In this document: one piece after another, positions 29,595 through 38,869 of the stretch
How the letters are laid out: every line of letters starts with the position of its first letter
How positions within the stretch are numbered: position 1 is the first letter of the stretch
Assembly: GCA_963709485.1 (NCBI GenBank)
Contig: CAVPWE010000001.1
Coordinates: 11,810 to 75,809 of the forward strand
Direction: 5' to 3'
Length of the DNA stretch: 64,000 bases
DNA from: an uncultured delta proteobacterium
GTDB taxonomy: Bacteria; Desulfobacterota; Syntrophia; Syntrophales; Fen-1087
Position numbers and translations under genes: made by a program
Notes under the pieces: model-generated
The model's database searches: none
Seen by the model: only the letters and a program-made list of their open reading frames with translations
Told to the model about the DNA's origin: nothing

Positions 29595-30206
29595 ATGACG
29601 AAACTCATTTCGACCATTATTTCGGTATTTGTAATCTTCATTGCGGTATCAGCACATGCATGGCTCTACTACAGCAAGCCTGAATTCCGTGGGAGAGTGA
29701 TTGATGCTGAGACAAAACAACCGATTGAAGGCGCAGTCGTTGTTGTCGTGTATAATAAATGGGAGTTTGGCGGGCCGGGCGGCGGCAATACTGTACCTTT
29801 CGATGCAAAGGAAACCCTGACGAATCAAGACGGAGATTTCAACTTCCCTTCATACAAAACCATGATCGGTCCTTTATCAAGAGTGTCTGATGTTTCCTTC
29901 ATCATCTACAAACCCAGATATATGTCCGTAAATAGAATTGAAGGAATAAATATTCCTGATGAAAAATATTTTGCCATTGGGAAAGACGTGATCGGCATTG
30001 AAGGGGAAATTAAATATGTTGATACTCGCTTTGCAGAACCCGTCGCTTATACCTGGAAAGGCTTCAGGGGGATTGCGGAGTTAAAAAAGGCAAAGACAAA
30101 CGAGGAAAGAAGAAAAACGAGACCAAGTAGGGGTGGATTGGATGAATATCAATTACCCCTTTTTTTTAAAATATTAGAGGAAGAATATAAGCATGTCTAC
30201 AATTAA
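29595..30206 (+). CDS. Secreted/anchored protein with a carboxypeptidase-regulatory-like domain, copy B
   Basis: AGGGAGG RBS 7 nt upstream. The protein is clearly homologous to copy A over its full length, but the DNA has diverged. Confidence 0.55.
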   Translation: MTKLISTIISVFVIFIAVSAHAWLYYSKPEFRGRVIDAETKQPIEGAVVVVVYNKWEFGGPGGGNTVPFDAKETLTNQDGDFNFPSYKTMIGPLSRVSDVSFIIYKPRYMSVNRIEGINIPDEKYFAIGKDVIGIEGEIKYVDTRFAEPVAYTWKGFRGIAELKKAKTNEERRKTRPSRGGLDEYQLPLFFKILEEEYKHVYN

Positions 30207-30240
30207 GGAAAAGGTGTTTTAATCCTTGAGGAGGTCGAAA

Positions 30241-31842
30241 ATGAGCAACAGGAAAGAGAAGATATTTCTTGTAATCAATATTTCGTTAGCTTTTTTGCTA
30301 ATAGTCGTTAATAGTCTTTATGCGCTAGAAGTGGTAACTCACAGAGCCATAAACGAATATATTGCCAAAAGCGCATTTGTTGGATTTTCTTTAGATGATT
30401 ACATAAAACAGCAATTAGGCATGCAGAAGGGATATGATGAAAAATTATTGGGCAAAGAAGTATTCCTATGGCTATCAGACGGTGGCGCATTTGAAGACAA
30501 GCCTCCTGAATGCTTTATTCCTTACATGCGTTCGCGTCATCATTTTCACAATCCCATAGACAATAGCGGTTTTTCGGGTATCTCGGACACAGGTATTTTA
30601 TCGGGCATGTCTGCAACAGACTGGGCTATGCAACCTGTCGGTTCCCAGAGTTGCGGATGTTATTCGTGGAACGATGCGCGAGATTATTATTACAAAGCAC
30701 TAACATCTGCCGACAAAGCAACCAGGGAAGCAAATTTTGCTGCAACTTTCAGAGCGGTAGGACAAGTCATGCATCTGGTGCAGGATATGTCCATGCCGGA
30801 ACACACTCATAACGATGGTCACTTATTTAGCCAGTATGAGGACTGGGTCAAAGGCCAGAATGTCAGTTATTATTCAGTTTCAGTCGTCTCGTTTACGCCC
30901 AGCGCTTCAATCCCTTTATCGATTTATAATCTTTTTGATACGGAGCAGTATAGCGGTATGAATCCCGATATTACAGCTCAATCAACAATTGGTCTTGCAG
31001 AATACAGCAATGCCAACTTTCTCAGCCCTGACAAGATCTTTTCGGGTTTTGCCTACCCATCTTATAACGACGCAGCAGCAAGAATAGAGCGCGATCCGGC
31101 TACTGATAAAGATATCTTATACCTTGATAAAATCGGCCATGGCGAAAATATAAATTACTTAGCGCGAGCACAAGAATTTTATAACTATCTTCCCTCAGAT
31201 TACAAGAAATTATCCTTAACTCTTGACGATGCAAAGGTATATTCGAGCTATGCTGGCTTTCTCATGCCTCGCGCCATCGGCTATTCTTCTCAGGTATTGA
31301 GCTATTTTTTCCGTGGGCAATTGGAAGTAAAAATGGGTGACGGAACTTTAAAGGTTAAAAATGCTTCAGCGGAAACAATTTCAAGCGGAACATTTGCACT
31401 CTATTACGACAATGCCGACGGCGTGAGGTCTATCTTAACAAGCATGCAGGCCAACACTCTTACACCCGGAGGAGAACAAACGATTAATTTTACTCCGCTT
31501 GTCGGCGCGACAACCTATATGCTCGTATATCAAGGTCAGCTTGGCGATGAATCTAATGCTGTAATTGGTAAGTTTATTCCTATTCCTGTCGAACTTGTGA
31601 TGTTTACTGTGTCGCTTAGTGGTATTACTGGAGAGAATATGACAAAAAAATCAGTTTTAGTCTGGAACCCAGTAAGCAACGGTCTGGAAAAGCCACCCAT
31701 GGATAATGATGACCCTGATTTCCAAGGCTGGCTAATAGAGAAGAGGGACGTGGGTTATCCGATGTTTTCCGGTTTTTCCGGTGACATGGGGCAAATTGGG
31801 AATGGCGACAGTCAAAGAAGACATATGTGGGATGATGCTTGA
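30241..31842 (+). CDS. Zinc-dependent phospholipase C-like / S1-P1 nuclease-fold secreted protein
   Basis: Signal peptide, THRAINEY, HHFHNP and GQVMHLVQDMSMPEHTHND (HxxxDxxxPxH metal-ligand pattern). GAGGAGG RBS upstream. Confidence 0.55.
   Translation: MSNRKEKIFLVINISLAFLLIVVNSLYALEVVTHRAINEYIAKSAFVGFSLDDYIKQQLGMQKGYDEKLLGKEVFLWLSDGGAFEDKPPECFIPYMRSRHHFHNPIDNSGFSGISDTGILSGMSATDWAMQPVGSQSCGCYSWNDARDYYYKALTSADKATREANFAATFRAVGQVMHLVQDMSMPEHTHNDGHLFSQYEDWVKGQNVSYYSVSVVSFTPSASIPLSIYNLFDTEQYSGMNPDITAQSTIGLAEYSNANFLSPDKIFSGFAYPSYNDAAARIERDPATDKDILYLDKIGHGENINYLARAQEFYNYLPSDYKKLSLTLDDAKVYSSYAGFLMPRAIGYSSQVLSYFFRGQLEVKMGDGTLKVKNASAETISSGTFALYYDNADGVRSILTSMQANTLTPGGEQTINFTPLVGATTYMLVYQGQLGDESNAVIGKFIPIPVELVMFTVSLSGITGENMTKKSVLVWNPVSNGLEKPPMDNDDPDFQGWLIEKRDVGYPMFSGFSGDMGQIGNGDSQRRHMWDDA
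30477..30788 (+). repeat. 312-bp direct repeat, copy 2
   Basis: See 29268..29579. Confidence 0.95.
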
Positions 31843-31933
31843 CGCCGAATGGTGTTCCTCCCTGGTTATGGGAAGACGGCTGGTTCTATAATAGGAGGAG
31901 AAACTAACGCTATTCATTCCTGATTGGGGAGCT

Positions 31934-32332
31934 ATGACTTATCGGAATCCTTCTTGGTCAGATGAAGAGTGGTATATGTATCAAAGAGTCTGGTACGATA
32001 ACTTTATCTGTGGGCAATATACCGATAAAATAGTTGCTGATGTTTCCATGGTTCAGTACACACCTTATACCACCTATAGCAAAAGTTATGACGAACTGTA
32101 TAATACGCCTGCGCTCCCAACAACTTGGACATGTATGAATAGAAGCATCTTTGTGCAGGCACAGGCTCTTTATGTCCCACAGGGCACTGCTGGATTTGAT
32201 TGGATTGCGCAAGGCAGAAATACAGCTTTGGAAACACAAATTATTACGGCAATTAATATGGCCTATACTTTAAACAATATTCCGGCTAATGAAATACGCC
32301 AAACTTCCATAGAAATTAATATTGTGAAATGA
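31934..32332 (+). CDS. Hypothetical protein
   Basis: 132-aa ORF, W/Y-rich with no signal peptide. It is the last gene of the AT-rich block. Confidence 0.4.
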   Translation: MTYRNPSWSDEEWYMYQRVWYDNFICGQYTDKIVADVSMVQYTPYTTYSKSYDELYNTPALPTTWTCMNRSIFVQAQALYVPQGTAGFDWIAQGRNTALETQIITAINMAYTLNNIPANEIRQTSIEINIVK

Positions 32333-32457
32333 AGTAACAAATTAAGAAGACGGAATATGCGTTTCATCCGGTTGATGCGTACTTTTAGCAGTTGAAAAAA
32401 ATTGACATCGCGATGCGACAGCGGGACCATGCGGAAGCGCACCAGATCAGGAGGTTT

Positions 32458-33294
32458 ATGGAAATGAGTTACGAAACGGAAACGTATGTGAAGGGTCAAC
32501 TCTACAACATTCCCCTCAACCTCCTCCAGGCCGATCCCGACCAGCCCCGGAAGCATCTCGATCCCCAGGCGCTGGAAGAACTGACACAGTCCATCCTCAG
32601 ATATGGCCTTCTGCAGCCTGTACTTTTCCGCATGGACGGCAATCATCGCCTTTTCGTCGTGGCCGGGGAACGCCGCATTGAAGCCGCCCGCAAGGCGGAC
32701 ATGAAGACAATTCCGGGCGTTTACGTCGAAGGCAAACCGGCCGAACTTTCCCTGATCGAAAACCTTGTCCGGCAGAACCTGACGGCGATGGAAGAGGCGG
32801 AAGCGCTGCAAAGGCTGATTGAGAATCTGGGCTACACACAGGATGATCTGGCATCCATCTTCAGCAGATCGAAGGCCACGATTTCGGAAACGCTCTCTCT
32901 CAACCGCCTGCCCCGGCAGGTCCGTGATGAATGCCGGAACGATCCCACCATCCCGAAGCGGGCCCTGATCGTGATTGCGAGGAGCAAACAGCAGCGGAGC
33001 ATGGTCACACTTTTCCGGAAGTACCGGGAACGGCAGCTTGCACAGGAAAAGCCGAAGAAAAAAAAGCTCCGGGTGAAGAACACGAGACTTCAGGAGATCG
33101 CTTATTTTGAGGCGGCGTGGGCGCGGGTCGCCGCCATTGATCTTGAGGGTTTCATGCCTGAAGAAAGAGAATCCTTTATCAAGATTTTTGAGGCCCTCAA
33201 AGGCGCCATTGAGGAAAAACTGGCCGGCCTGACAGGCGTCGGCAAGTCTCAAGGAAGTTCGGGTGACAACCCATCACCCGATCAGGCATCCTGA
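32458..33294 (+). CDS. ParB/Srx-fold (ParB N-terminal domain) protein
   Basis: LLQPVLF...VVAGERRIEAARKA (GERR box) followed by an HTH-like segment. No parA is adjacent. The start is ATG 32458 or 32464, after AGGAGG. Confidence 0.7.
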   Translation: MEMSYETETYVKGQLYNIPLNLLQADPDQPRKHLDPQALEELTQSILRYGLLQPVLFRMDGNHRLFVVAGERRIEAARKADMKTIPGVYVEGKPAELSLIENLVRQNLTAMEEAEALQRLIENLGYTQDDLASIFSRSKATISETLSLNRLPRQVRDECRNDPTIPKRALIVIARSKQQRSMVTLFRKYRERQLAQEKPKKKKLRVKNTRLQEIAYFEAAWARVAAIDLEGFMPEERESFIKIFEALKGAIEEKLAGLTGVGKSQGSSGDNPSPDQAS

Positions 33295-33493
33295 GCGATA
33301 CAGCGGCCCAAGTCCGGATTCAAACATTGCAGAAAGCAAAAATAAAAGTGAAATTTACTTATTTATTAATTATATCAAATATATAAGTCAGTTCGGCGCG
33401 TCGAACGGATTGCTTTTGATCATTTCTTGACGATCTGTACCATAGATGGGAGAACAGAACGTCTCAAAGCAGCATGCGGAGAAGGAGAAGTCC

Positions 33494-35173
33494 ATGTCGG
33501 CTCAACGTGTCCTTGGCCCGGAACTGAAGCAAAAGTACGATTCACTGAGGGATATCCTCCAGCGATGCCTGTCGCTGACTGACAGGTGCGCTGAAACGGG
33601 TGCTTCGGCGATTCTGAGGGATCGGCTGGCGCTTCTGCAATCGGCAGCGCTTTTCGTGATTGTCGGCGAGGTAAAGTCCGGAAAGAGCAGTTTTATCAAT
33701 GCGCTTCTCGGAGAGGATGTCTGCGAGGTTGCACCGGACCCGTGCACGGCCGGAATTCAGGAACTGGTCTACGGCGAAGAACGGTCGAAGGCAGTGCTGG
33801 GCGATCACTGGGAGAGGGTGCGTTTGCCCAAACCGGTGCTTCAGGACATCACGATTGTCGATACGCCGGGAACGAATTCCATCATTCGCAATCACCAGAC
33901 GATAACGGAAAACTATATTCCGAAGAGCGACCTTGTTGTCTTCGTTTTTCCGGCCAAGAACCCCCATACCGCCACCGCGTGGGAACTCCTTTCCTTCGTG
34001 CGAAAGGACTGGCACCGCAAGACCGTTTTCGTGCTGCAGCAGGCGGACCTTGCCAGCCAGCGCGAGCTTGCCATCAATCAGGAGCGGGTGAGGCAGTACG
34101 CGCATGAACGAAATGTTCAGAGTCCGGTTTTGTTCACGTTGTCTGCGAAACGTGAACTGGAGGGGGCCTCGGACAGCGGTTTTGCGGAGTTCCGGGAATT
34201 TCTGAGAAGCGCCGTTGAGAGCGGCGATGTCTGGCGGATGAAGGTGGAGGGGTCACGGGACACGGTCAGGAAGATCGTCAACGACCTGATCGCGAGACTG
34301 CACAGGGAGGAGGCATCCCTTGCGGAGGACAAGGCGTTTTACCGGGACTTGTTATCCAGGGTGGAGGGGAGACGGGTGAAGGCCCATTCGCTCAGGCGTT
34401 TGGTCGTGGACAGCCTCGGCCTTTCCTACGACCGTCTTGCCTCCAGACTTGAAGAGGATTTCAAGGAAGGACTGGAAATAGGGACGATCCTGAGACGGTC
34501 CATCCCTTTTCTTCGCGATAAGGATGTGAAGACGTGGATCAGGGAAACCCAGGAGAAGTTCGAGAAAACAGCGAAAGAAGAGATTGAGGCCGAGTCCTCC
34601 CGCGTTTCGAAAGACCTCTCCGATGAGATGAAAGCCATGCTTGACGATCTGGCCGCGGCCATTGCCCATCGGCAGGAACGTCAACACAAGGGGGAACGCC
34701 CGGTTGCTTCAGACCGCATCGACATCCTCGAACGGTTGCGGAGCCAGCTCCGGGATCTACGCATTTCTGACATTGTTGACGAAAAAGGCATTCAGGGCTC
34801 CGATCTCGGCAAACTCACGCTTGCCGGTGGGGGTATCGCGGCCCTTGGCGCCGTGATCGCGATGGCAACGCACCTTATTGCCTTCGACATCACCGGCGGC
34901 ATCCTGGCGGCGGTTGGCGCCGGCCTTGTGGCCGTGACACTGCTCTGGAAGCGCTCGGCAATCATGAATGACTTTTCACAGAAGATGGAAAAATCGCGGG
35001 ATGAGTTCCGGGGGCGGCTGGATCAGGAGATCACGCAAATCTTCGAACGCCTCTTTCTCGAGATTCAGCATGACCTGAAAGAGCCATTGTCGCGCCTGGA
35101 AGAGGAAACGGAACGCATTTCAACCCTCGCCGAGGAGGCGCGTCTTGTCAGCGAGGCGGCAGACTCGCTGTGA
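33494..35173 (+). CDS. Bacterial dynamin-like GTPase with a C-terminal membrane hairpin
   Basis: G1 GEVKSGKSSFINALLG, G3 DTPGTNS, a long helical stalk and two adjacent hydrophobic segments (GGGIAALGAVIAMA / GGILAAVGAGLVAVTLLW). Confidence 0.7.
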   Translation: MSAQRVLGPELKQKYDSLRDILQRCLSLTDRCAETGASAILRDRLALLQSAALFVIVGEVKSGKSSFINALLGEDVCEVAPDPCTAGIQELVYGEERSKAVLGDHWERVRLPKPVLQDITIVDTPGTNSIIRNHQTITENYIPKSDLVVFVFPAKNPHTATAWELLSFVRKDWHRKTVFVLQQADLASQRELAINQERVRQYAHERNVQSPVLFTLSAKRELEGASDSGFAEFREFLRSAVESGDVWRMKVEGSRDTVRKIVNDLIARLHREEASLAEDKAFYRDLLSRVEGRRVKAHSLRRLVVDSLGLSYDRLASRLEEDFKEGLEIGTILRRSIPFLRDKDVKTWIRETQEKFEKTAKEEIEAESSRVSKDLSDEMKAMLDDLAAAIAHRQERQHKGERPVASDRIDILERLRSQLRDLRISDIVDEKGIQGSDLGKLTLAGGGIAALGAVIAMATHLIAFDITGGILAAVGAGLVAVTLLWKRSAIMNDFSQKMEKSRDEFRGRLDQEITQIFERLFLEIQHDLKEPLSRLEEETERISTLAEEARLVSEAADSL

Positions 35174-35273
35174 CGAGGGGTGCAACGGAAGAGCTTGAGC
35201 GGGGCTAACATTTTACCGTGATTGATTGAATGCAAGGGAACGGCGGTTTACAGTAAATTGGAGGAGGTGAAAG

Positions 35274-35492
35274 GTGAAACAGGAAAAGGAAATCGAAAAA
35301 TCTTATTCCAAAAAAGAGGTGGCGGCGAAGTTGAGGCGCCTCGCCGATTCGCTGGAACACAATAAAACATTTCAGATACAGATTGCGGGCGAGCGCATAC
35401 ACATTCCGCCCGCCGCGACGGTCGAGTTTGAATACGCCCGTGACGGCGCTGAAGAAGAGGTTGAAATCGAAGTGAAATGGACGCGCAAATGA
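35274..35492 (+). CDS. Amphi-Trp domain small protein
   Basis: 72 aa, GTG start after GGAGGAGG. EVAAKLRRLADSLE...IPPAATVEFEYARDG..EVEIEVKW matches my recollection of the amphi-Trp family. Confidence 0.5.
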   Translation: MKQEKEIEKSYSKKEVAAKLRRLADSLEHNKTFQIQIAGERIHIPPAATVEFEYARDGAEEEVEIEVKWTRK

Positions 35493-35659
35493 AGATCTCA
35501 AAGGCCTCTCTGATTTCCTATTACCGAAGGTGAAACCAATGCTCAGGATCAACAATTTTTAGTGGCAATGAGCGCTAATTTGTTGCAATATCGACACAGT
35601 CATGTGGCATATCAGCCATCAACCCGACTCTTGGTGATGCCGGATATCAGTAGTTCATC

Positions 35660-36061
35660 ATGAAAGTCGTAAATTTTGCAGTTCGGACATTTCGATACCT
35701 CTGGGCCATGCCATGGTCTCTGGTGGGGCTGTTGGCTGCGCTTGCCGTAATCCCTTTCGGCGCGACCGCCCGCATCGGCGAGGGAACGCTTGAAGTTTCC
35801 GGTGGCAGGCTCGGTGAATGGGTGACCCGCCTCCCTTTTTCCTTTCAGATCTGCGCCATCACCTTCGGCCACATCATCCTCGGCATCGACCAGGCTTCAC
35901 TTTCAGCCTGCCGTTCACACGAACGCGTTCATGTGCGCCAATACGAGCGGTGGGGCATCCTGTTCATCCCGCTTTACTGCGGTTCCAGCATCCTGCAGCT
36001 TCTTTGCGGCCGTGATCCTTACCTCCAGAACCGCTTTGAGCGGGAGGCCCATTCACAGTGA
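35660..36061 (+). CDS. Small membrane protein with an HExxH motif (putative metallopeptidase-like)
   Basis: 133 aa with hydrophobic segments and SHERVHVRQYE. There is no clear RBS. Confidence 0.35.
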   Translation: MKVVNFAVRTFRYLWAMPWSLVGLLAALAVIPFGATARIGEGTLEVSGGRLGEWVTRLPFSFQICAITFGHIILGIDQASLSACRSHERVHVRQYERWGILFIPLYCGSSILQLLCGRDPYLQNRFEREAHSQ

Positions 36062-36082
36062 AGCGTTTGCAATGGAGTCCCT

Positions 36083-36862
36083 ATGACATTAGACCAGTTT
36101 GATTTGAAGGATTTGAAAAGGGCGAGGCTCCTGCTTGAAAACCCGGGCGTTGCCGCAAAGATTACAAATGCGCTGGGCATGCCCATTGAAAAGGGATTCA
36201 AGCTGCTGCCTGAAAACTGGAAGGAAAAGGTGGGTGAAATCACGCAGGCCGCACTGTACAAGGCGGTGCACGCGGCGGTGAACACAATGAAGGACATTCC
36301 CGGAGAAGCGTCATCGGACATGCTCCATAAAATCGCCGTCGCGGCGACGGGCGGCATCGGGGGGTTCTTCGGACTGCCGGCTCTGGCGGCGGAGCTTCCG
36401 CTATCGACGGCGATCATGCTGCGTTCCATCGCCGACATCGCAAGAAGCGAAGGAGAATACATCAGCAACATCGGTTCCAAAATGGCCTGTCTCGAGGTGT
36501 TCGCCCTGGGCGGAACGAGCCGAAGCGACGATGCCTCCGAAACCGGGTACTTTGCGGTTCGAGCCGCGCTGGCACAGTCTGTTACGGACGCCGCCAGGCA
36601 TATTGCGGAAAGGGGCCTGACCGGAAAAGGGAGTCCCGCCCTTCTTCGTCTGATCATCCAGATTGCGGAAAGATTCGGAATCCAGGTTTCAGAGAAGGCG
36701 GCAGCACAGGCGGTGCCGGCCATCGGGGCGGCGGGAGGCGCCCTGATCAACACGCTGTTTATCGACCATTTCCAGGACAGGGCGCGTGGTCATTTTATTG
36801 TAAGGCGCCTCGAGAGAAAATACGGAACGGAAATCGTCAAAGCGGCATTCAACAGTCTCTGA
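36083..36862 (+). CDS. EcsC-family protein
   Basis: LLENPGVAAKITNALGMPIEKG, AAELPLSTAIMLRSIADIARSEGE and HFIVRRLERKYG resemble the EcsC family. Confidence 0.6.
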   Translation: MTLDQFDLKDLKRARLLLENPGVAAKITNALGMPIEKGFKLLPENWKEKVGEITQAALYKAVHAAVNTMKDIPGEASSDMLHKIAVAATGGIGGFFGLPALAAELPLSTAIMLRSIADIARSEGEYISNIGSKMACLEVFALGGTSRSDDASETGYFAVRAALAQSVTDAARHIAERGLTGKGSPALLRLIIQIAERFGIQVSEKAAAQAVPAIGAAGGALINTLFIDHFQDRARGHFIVRRLERKYGTEIVKAAFNSL

Positions 36863-36952
36863 TCGGATGTGCCGACGAATCATTTCCGAAAGGGATGAAA
36901 TGCCCGTTGCGGTCCGATGTATCGCTCGCGGGTTCAGGCTGGACGGTTCAGT

Positions 36953-37993
36953 ATGAGAAAATGGAACAGAGATGAAAGAGCCGTGCGGATGCTTTCCATG
37001 CCGGGCATCCTGCTGATGACGGTCCTCCTCGCTTCCTGCGCCGCTTCCCCGAGATGCGATGTCCAGAAGTTCTACGCCGGTCCGCCGCTGCCGAAAGAGG
37101 AAATATCCATACTGATTATATCCGAAAATGTAAGGATAAGCCGAATCAATGCGGCAAGCAGTGGGATTGTCCAGCTCGTTTCGGAGTCTTCCCTTATGGA
37201 GCTTCTTCCGGGACGCTATGCTGTCGAGGCCTCCTGTGACGATATCGGGACGAACTTGAGGACTTACTCTTCAGCCCCTGTAAGAATGGAAATGGATTTG
37301 AAGCCCGGGCGCATCTACGAGGTGTATGCGATTAAACCGGAAAGGGGAACCTGGTACCCGGCCATACGGGATGTCACAGGCCAAAAGTGGTTTGAGGAAG
37401 CGACTCTTGCCAACCGCGCGAGACGATGGGAGCGGGAGCACCCTTCGAAATCGAAGATCTCGTTCCTTGAAAACTTCGATCGCAGCGACCGCGGCTGGAG
37501 CGTTCACGAAAGCCGGGATTATGACGCCTATTTCTCGTCGGGCGGCTACATCATAAAAACAAAGCATGACCGATGTTCAACGGAGGTTATTGAGATTCCC
37601 CTCCGTCTTCCGGAAAATTTCGACGTCGAATTGAAAAGCGCCTGGAGTGCAGGGCTTGACAATATTCCCTACGGTCTTGTCATCGGGAGCAGCAAGGAGG
37701 ATTCCTGCCGTTTTCATATCTCGAAAAACGGATGCGCAAACGCATCGGCCGTCATCGACGGAAAAATCATTTCCAAAACGAATTGGGCCTGCGGCAGCGC
37801 CGCTGTGAAATCCGGCACGGATGTCATACAGACCGTTGAGGCAAGGGGCAGGTTCTTCAGATATTATGTAAATGGAGAGCTGGCGGGCACTCTCTTCCTT
37901 TACCCGGAAAGAATGGAATTAAGGGTCATCGGCGTCACGGTCTGCGGCCCCCAGAAGGTTTCCTTTGATGAACTGAAGATCGTGCCCCACTGA
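36953..37993 (+). CDS. Hypothetical lipoprotein with a C-terminal jelly-roll-like domain
   Basis: Lipobox LLASC and a beta-rich C-terminal half. The alternative start at 36989 is possible. Confidence 0.5.
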   Translation: MRKWNRDERAVRMLSMPGILLMTVLLASCAASPRCDVQKFYAGPPLPKEEISILIISENVRISRINAASSGIVQLVSESSLMELLPGRYAVEASCDDIGTNLRTYSSAPVRMEMDLKPGRIYEVYAIKPERGTWYPAIRDVTGQKWFEEATLANRARRWEREHPSKSKISFLENFDRSDRGWSVHESRDYDAYFSSGGYIIKTKHDRCSTEVIEIPLRLPENFDVELKSAWSAGLDNIPYGLVIGSSKEDSCRFHISKNGCANASAVIDGKIISKTNWACGSAAVKSGTDVIQTVEARGRFFRYYVNGELAGTLFLYPERMELRVIGVTVCGPQKVSFDELKIVPH

Positions 37994-38237
37994 TTCTGAC
38001 GCCCCATGATCGCGTCATTGTTCCCGTCCACATCGGCTTCGGCTGAATCCGCCCACCCTATAATCTATAAATAATTGAAAATATTATATATTTATAAATT
38101 ACCCCGGCATCGAAAAGAACACGGGGCAACGGTCGGACAGTGCGTTGTATGCCGCATGCGCAGGAAAGCCGGACCCCCGTGGCGCCTTACAGCAGGGATT
38201 CGGCCTTCGCATGAAAGCGGCGTATTCAGTGGATGAA

Positions 38238-38774
38238 TCAGGTTGCCACGTTGTAGGCCGCCGGATCGAATGGCGATCCGGCCGGGAATGCCCGGGCGCC
38301 GAGTTCCCGGTCCAGCATGAAGATGCCCTGCCTGCTTTCGCCGACCATCTCCATCTGACGAAGTATCTTTTCGGAGGTGGCCTCCTCTTCCACCTGCTCC
38401 TTCGAGAACCAGTTCAACAAGGTATCCGAGGAAATGTCATTCTCTTTTCTGGAGAGCTTCACCAGGTCATGGATCTTTGAGGTGATGAATTTCTCGTGCT
38501 CCAGCGTGTCCTGCCAGACTTCCAGGGGTGACTTCCAGGCGGTCTTGAGCTGTTTCAGGTTCAAGAGGCTTACCGCTTCGCCACGGTCGTTGATGTGGTC
38601 GAAGAACTTCATGGCATGGATCGTCTCCTCGTGGGCCTGACACCGCATCCAATGCGCCATTCCATCCAGGTTCTGGGCATGGAAGTAAGCTGCCATGGAC
38701 AGGTAGATGTAGGCCGACTCCAGTTCATTCTTGATCTGCTCGTTCATTAAGTCGCGCATCTTTTTCCCGATCAT
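38238..38774 (-). CDS. ftn: Ferritin
   Basis: Ferroxidase-centre pattern: NELESAYIYLSMAAYF, HEETIHAMKFFDH and EQVEEE. Confidence 0.85.
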   Translation of the reverse strand: MIGKKMRDLMNEQIKNELESAYIYLSMAAYFHAQNLDGMAHWMRCQAHEETIHAMKFFDHINDRGEAVSLLNLKQLKTAWKSPLEVWQDTLEHEKFITSKIHDLVKLSRKENDISSDTLLNWFSKEQVEEEATSEKILRQMEMVGESRQGIFMLDRELGARAFPAGSPFDPAAYNVAT

Positions 38775-38869
38775 ATTTCCTCCTTGGACAAATTTTTTTC
38801 GAGTTCAGGCAACTTTCCATAAAGATAGTGCCTGCCTCTTTGAAAATCAATGACTGAATAAAATAATGA

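Noticed and set aside
29268-30788. The 312-bp repeat considered as a template/variable repeat pair of a diversity-generating retroelement.
   Set aside because: - No reverse transcriptase gene is present.
- The repeat lies in the N-terminal/core part of the protein.
- The single mismatch is T versus G rather than adenine-specific variation.
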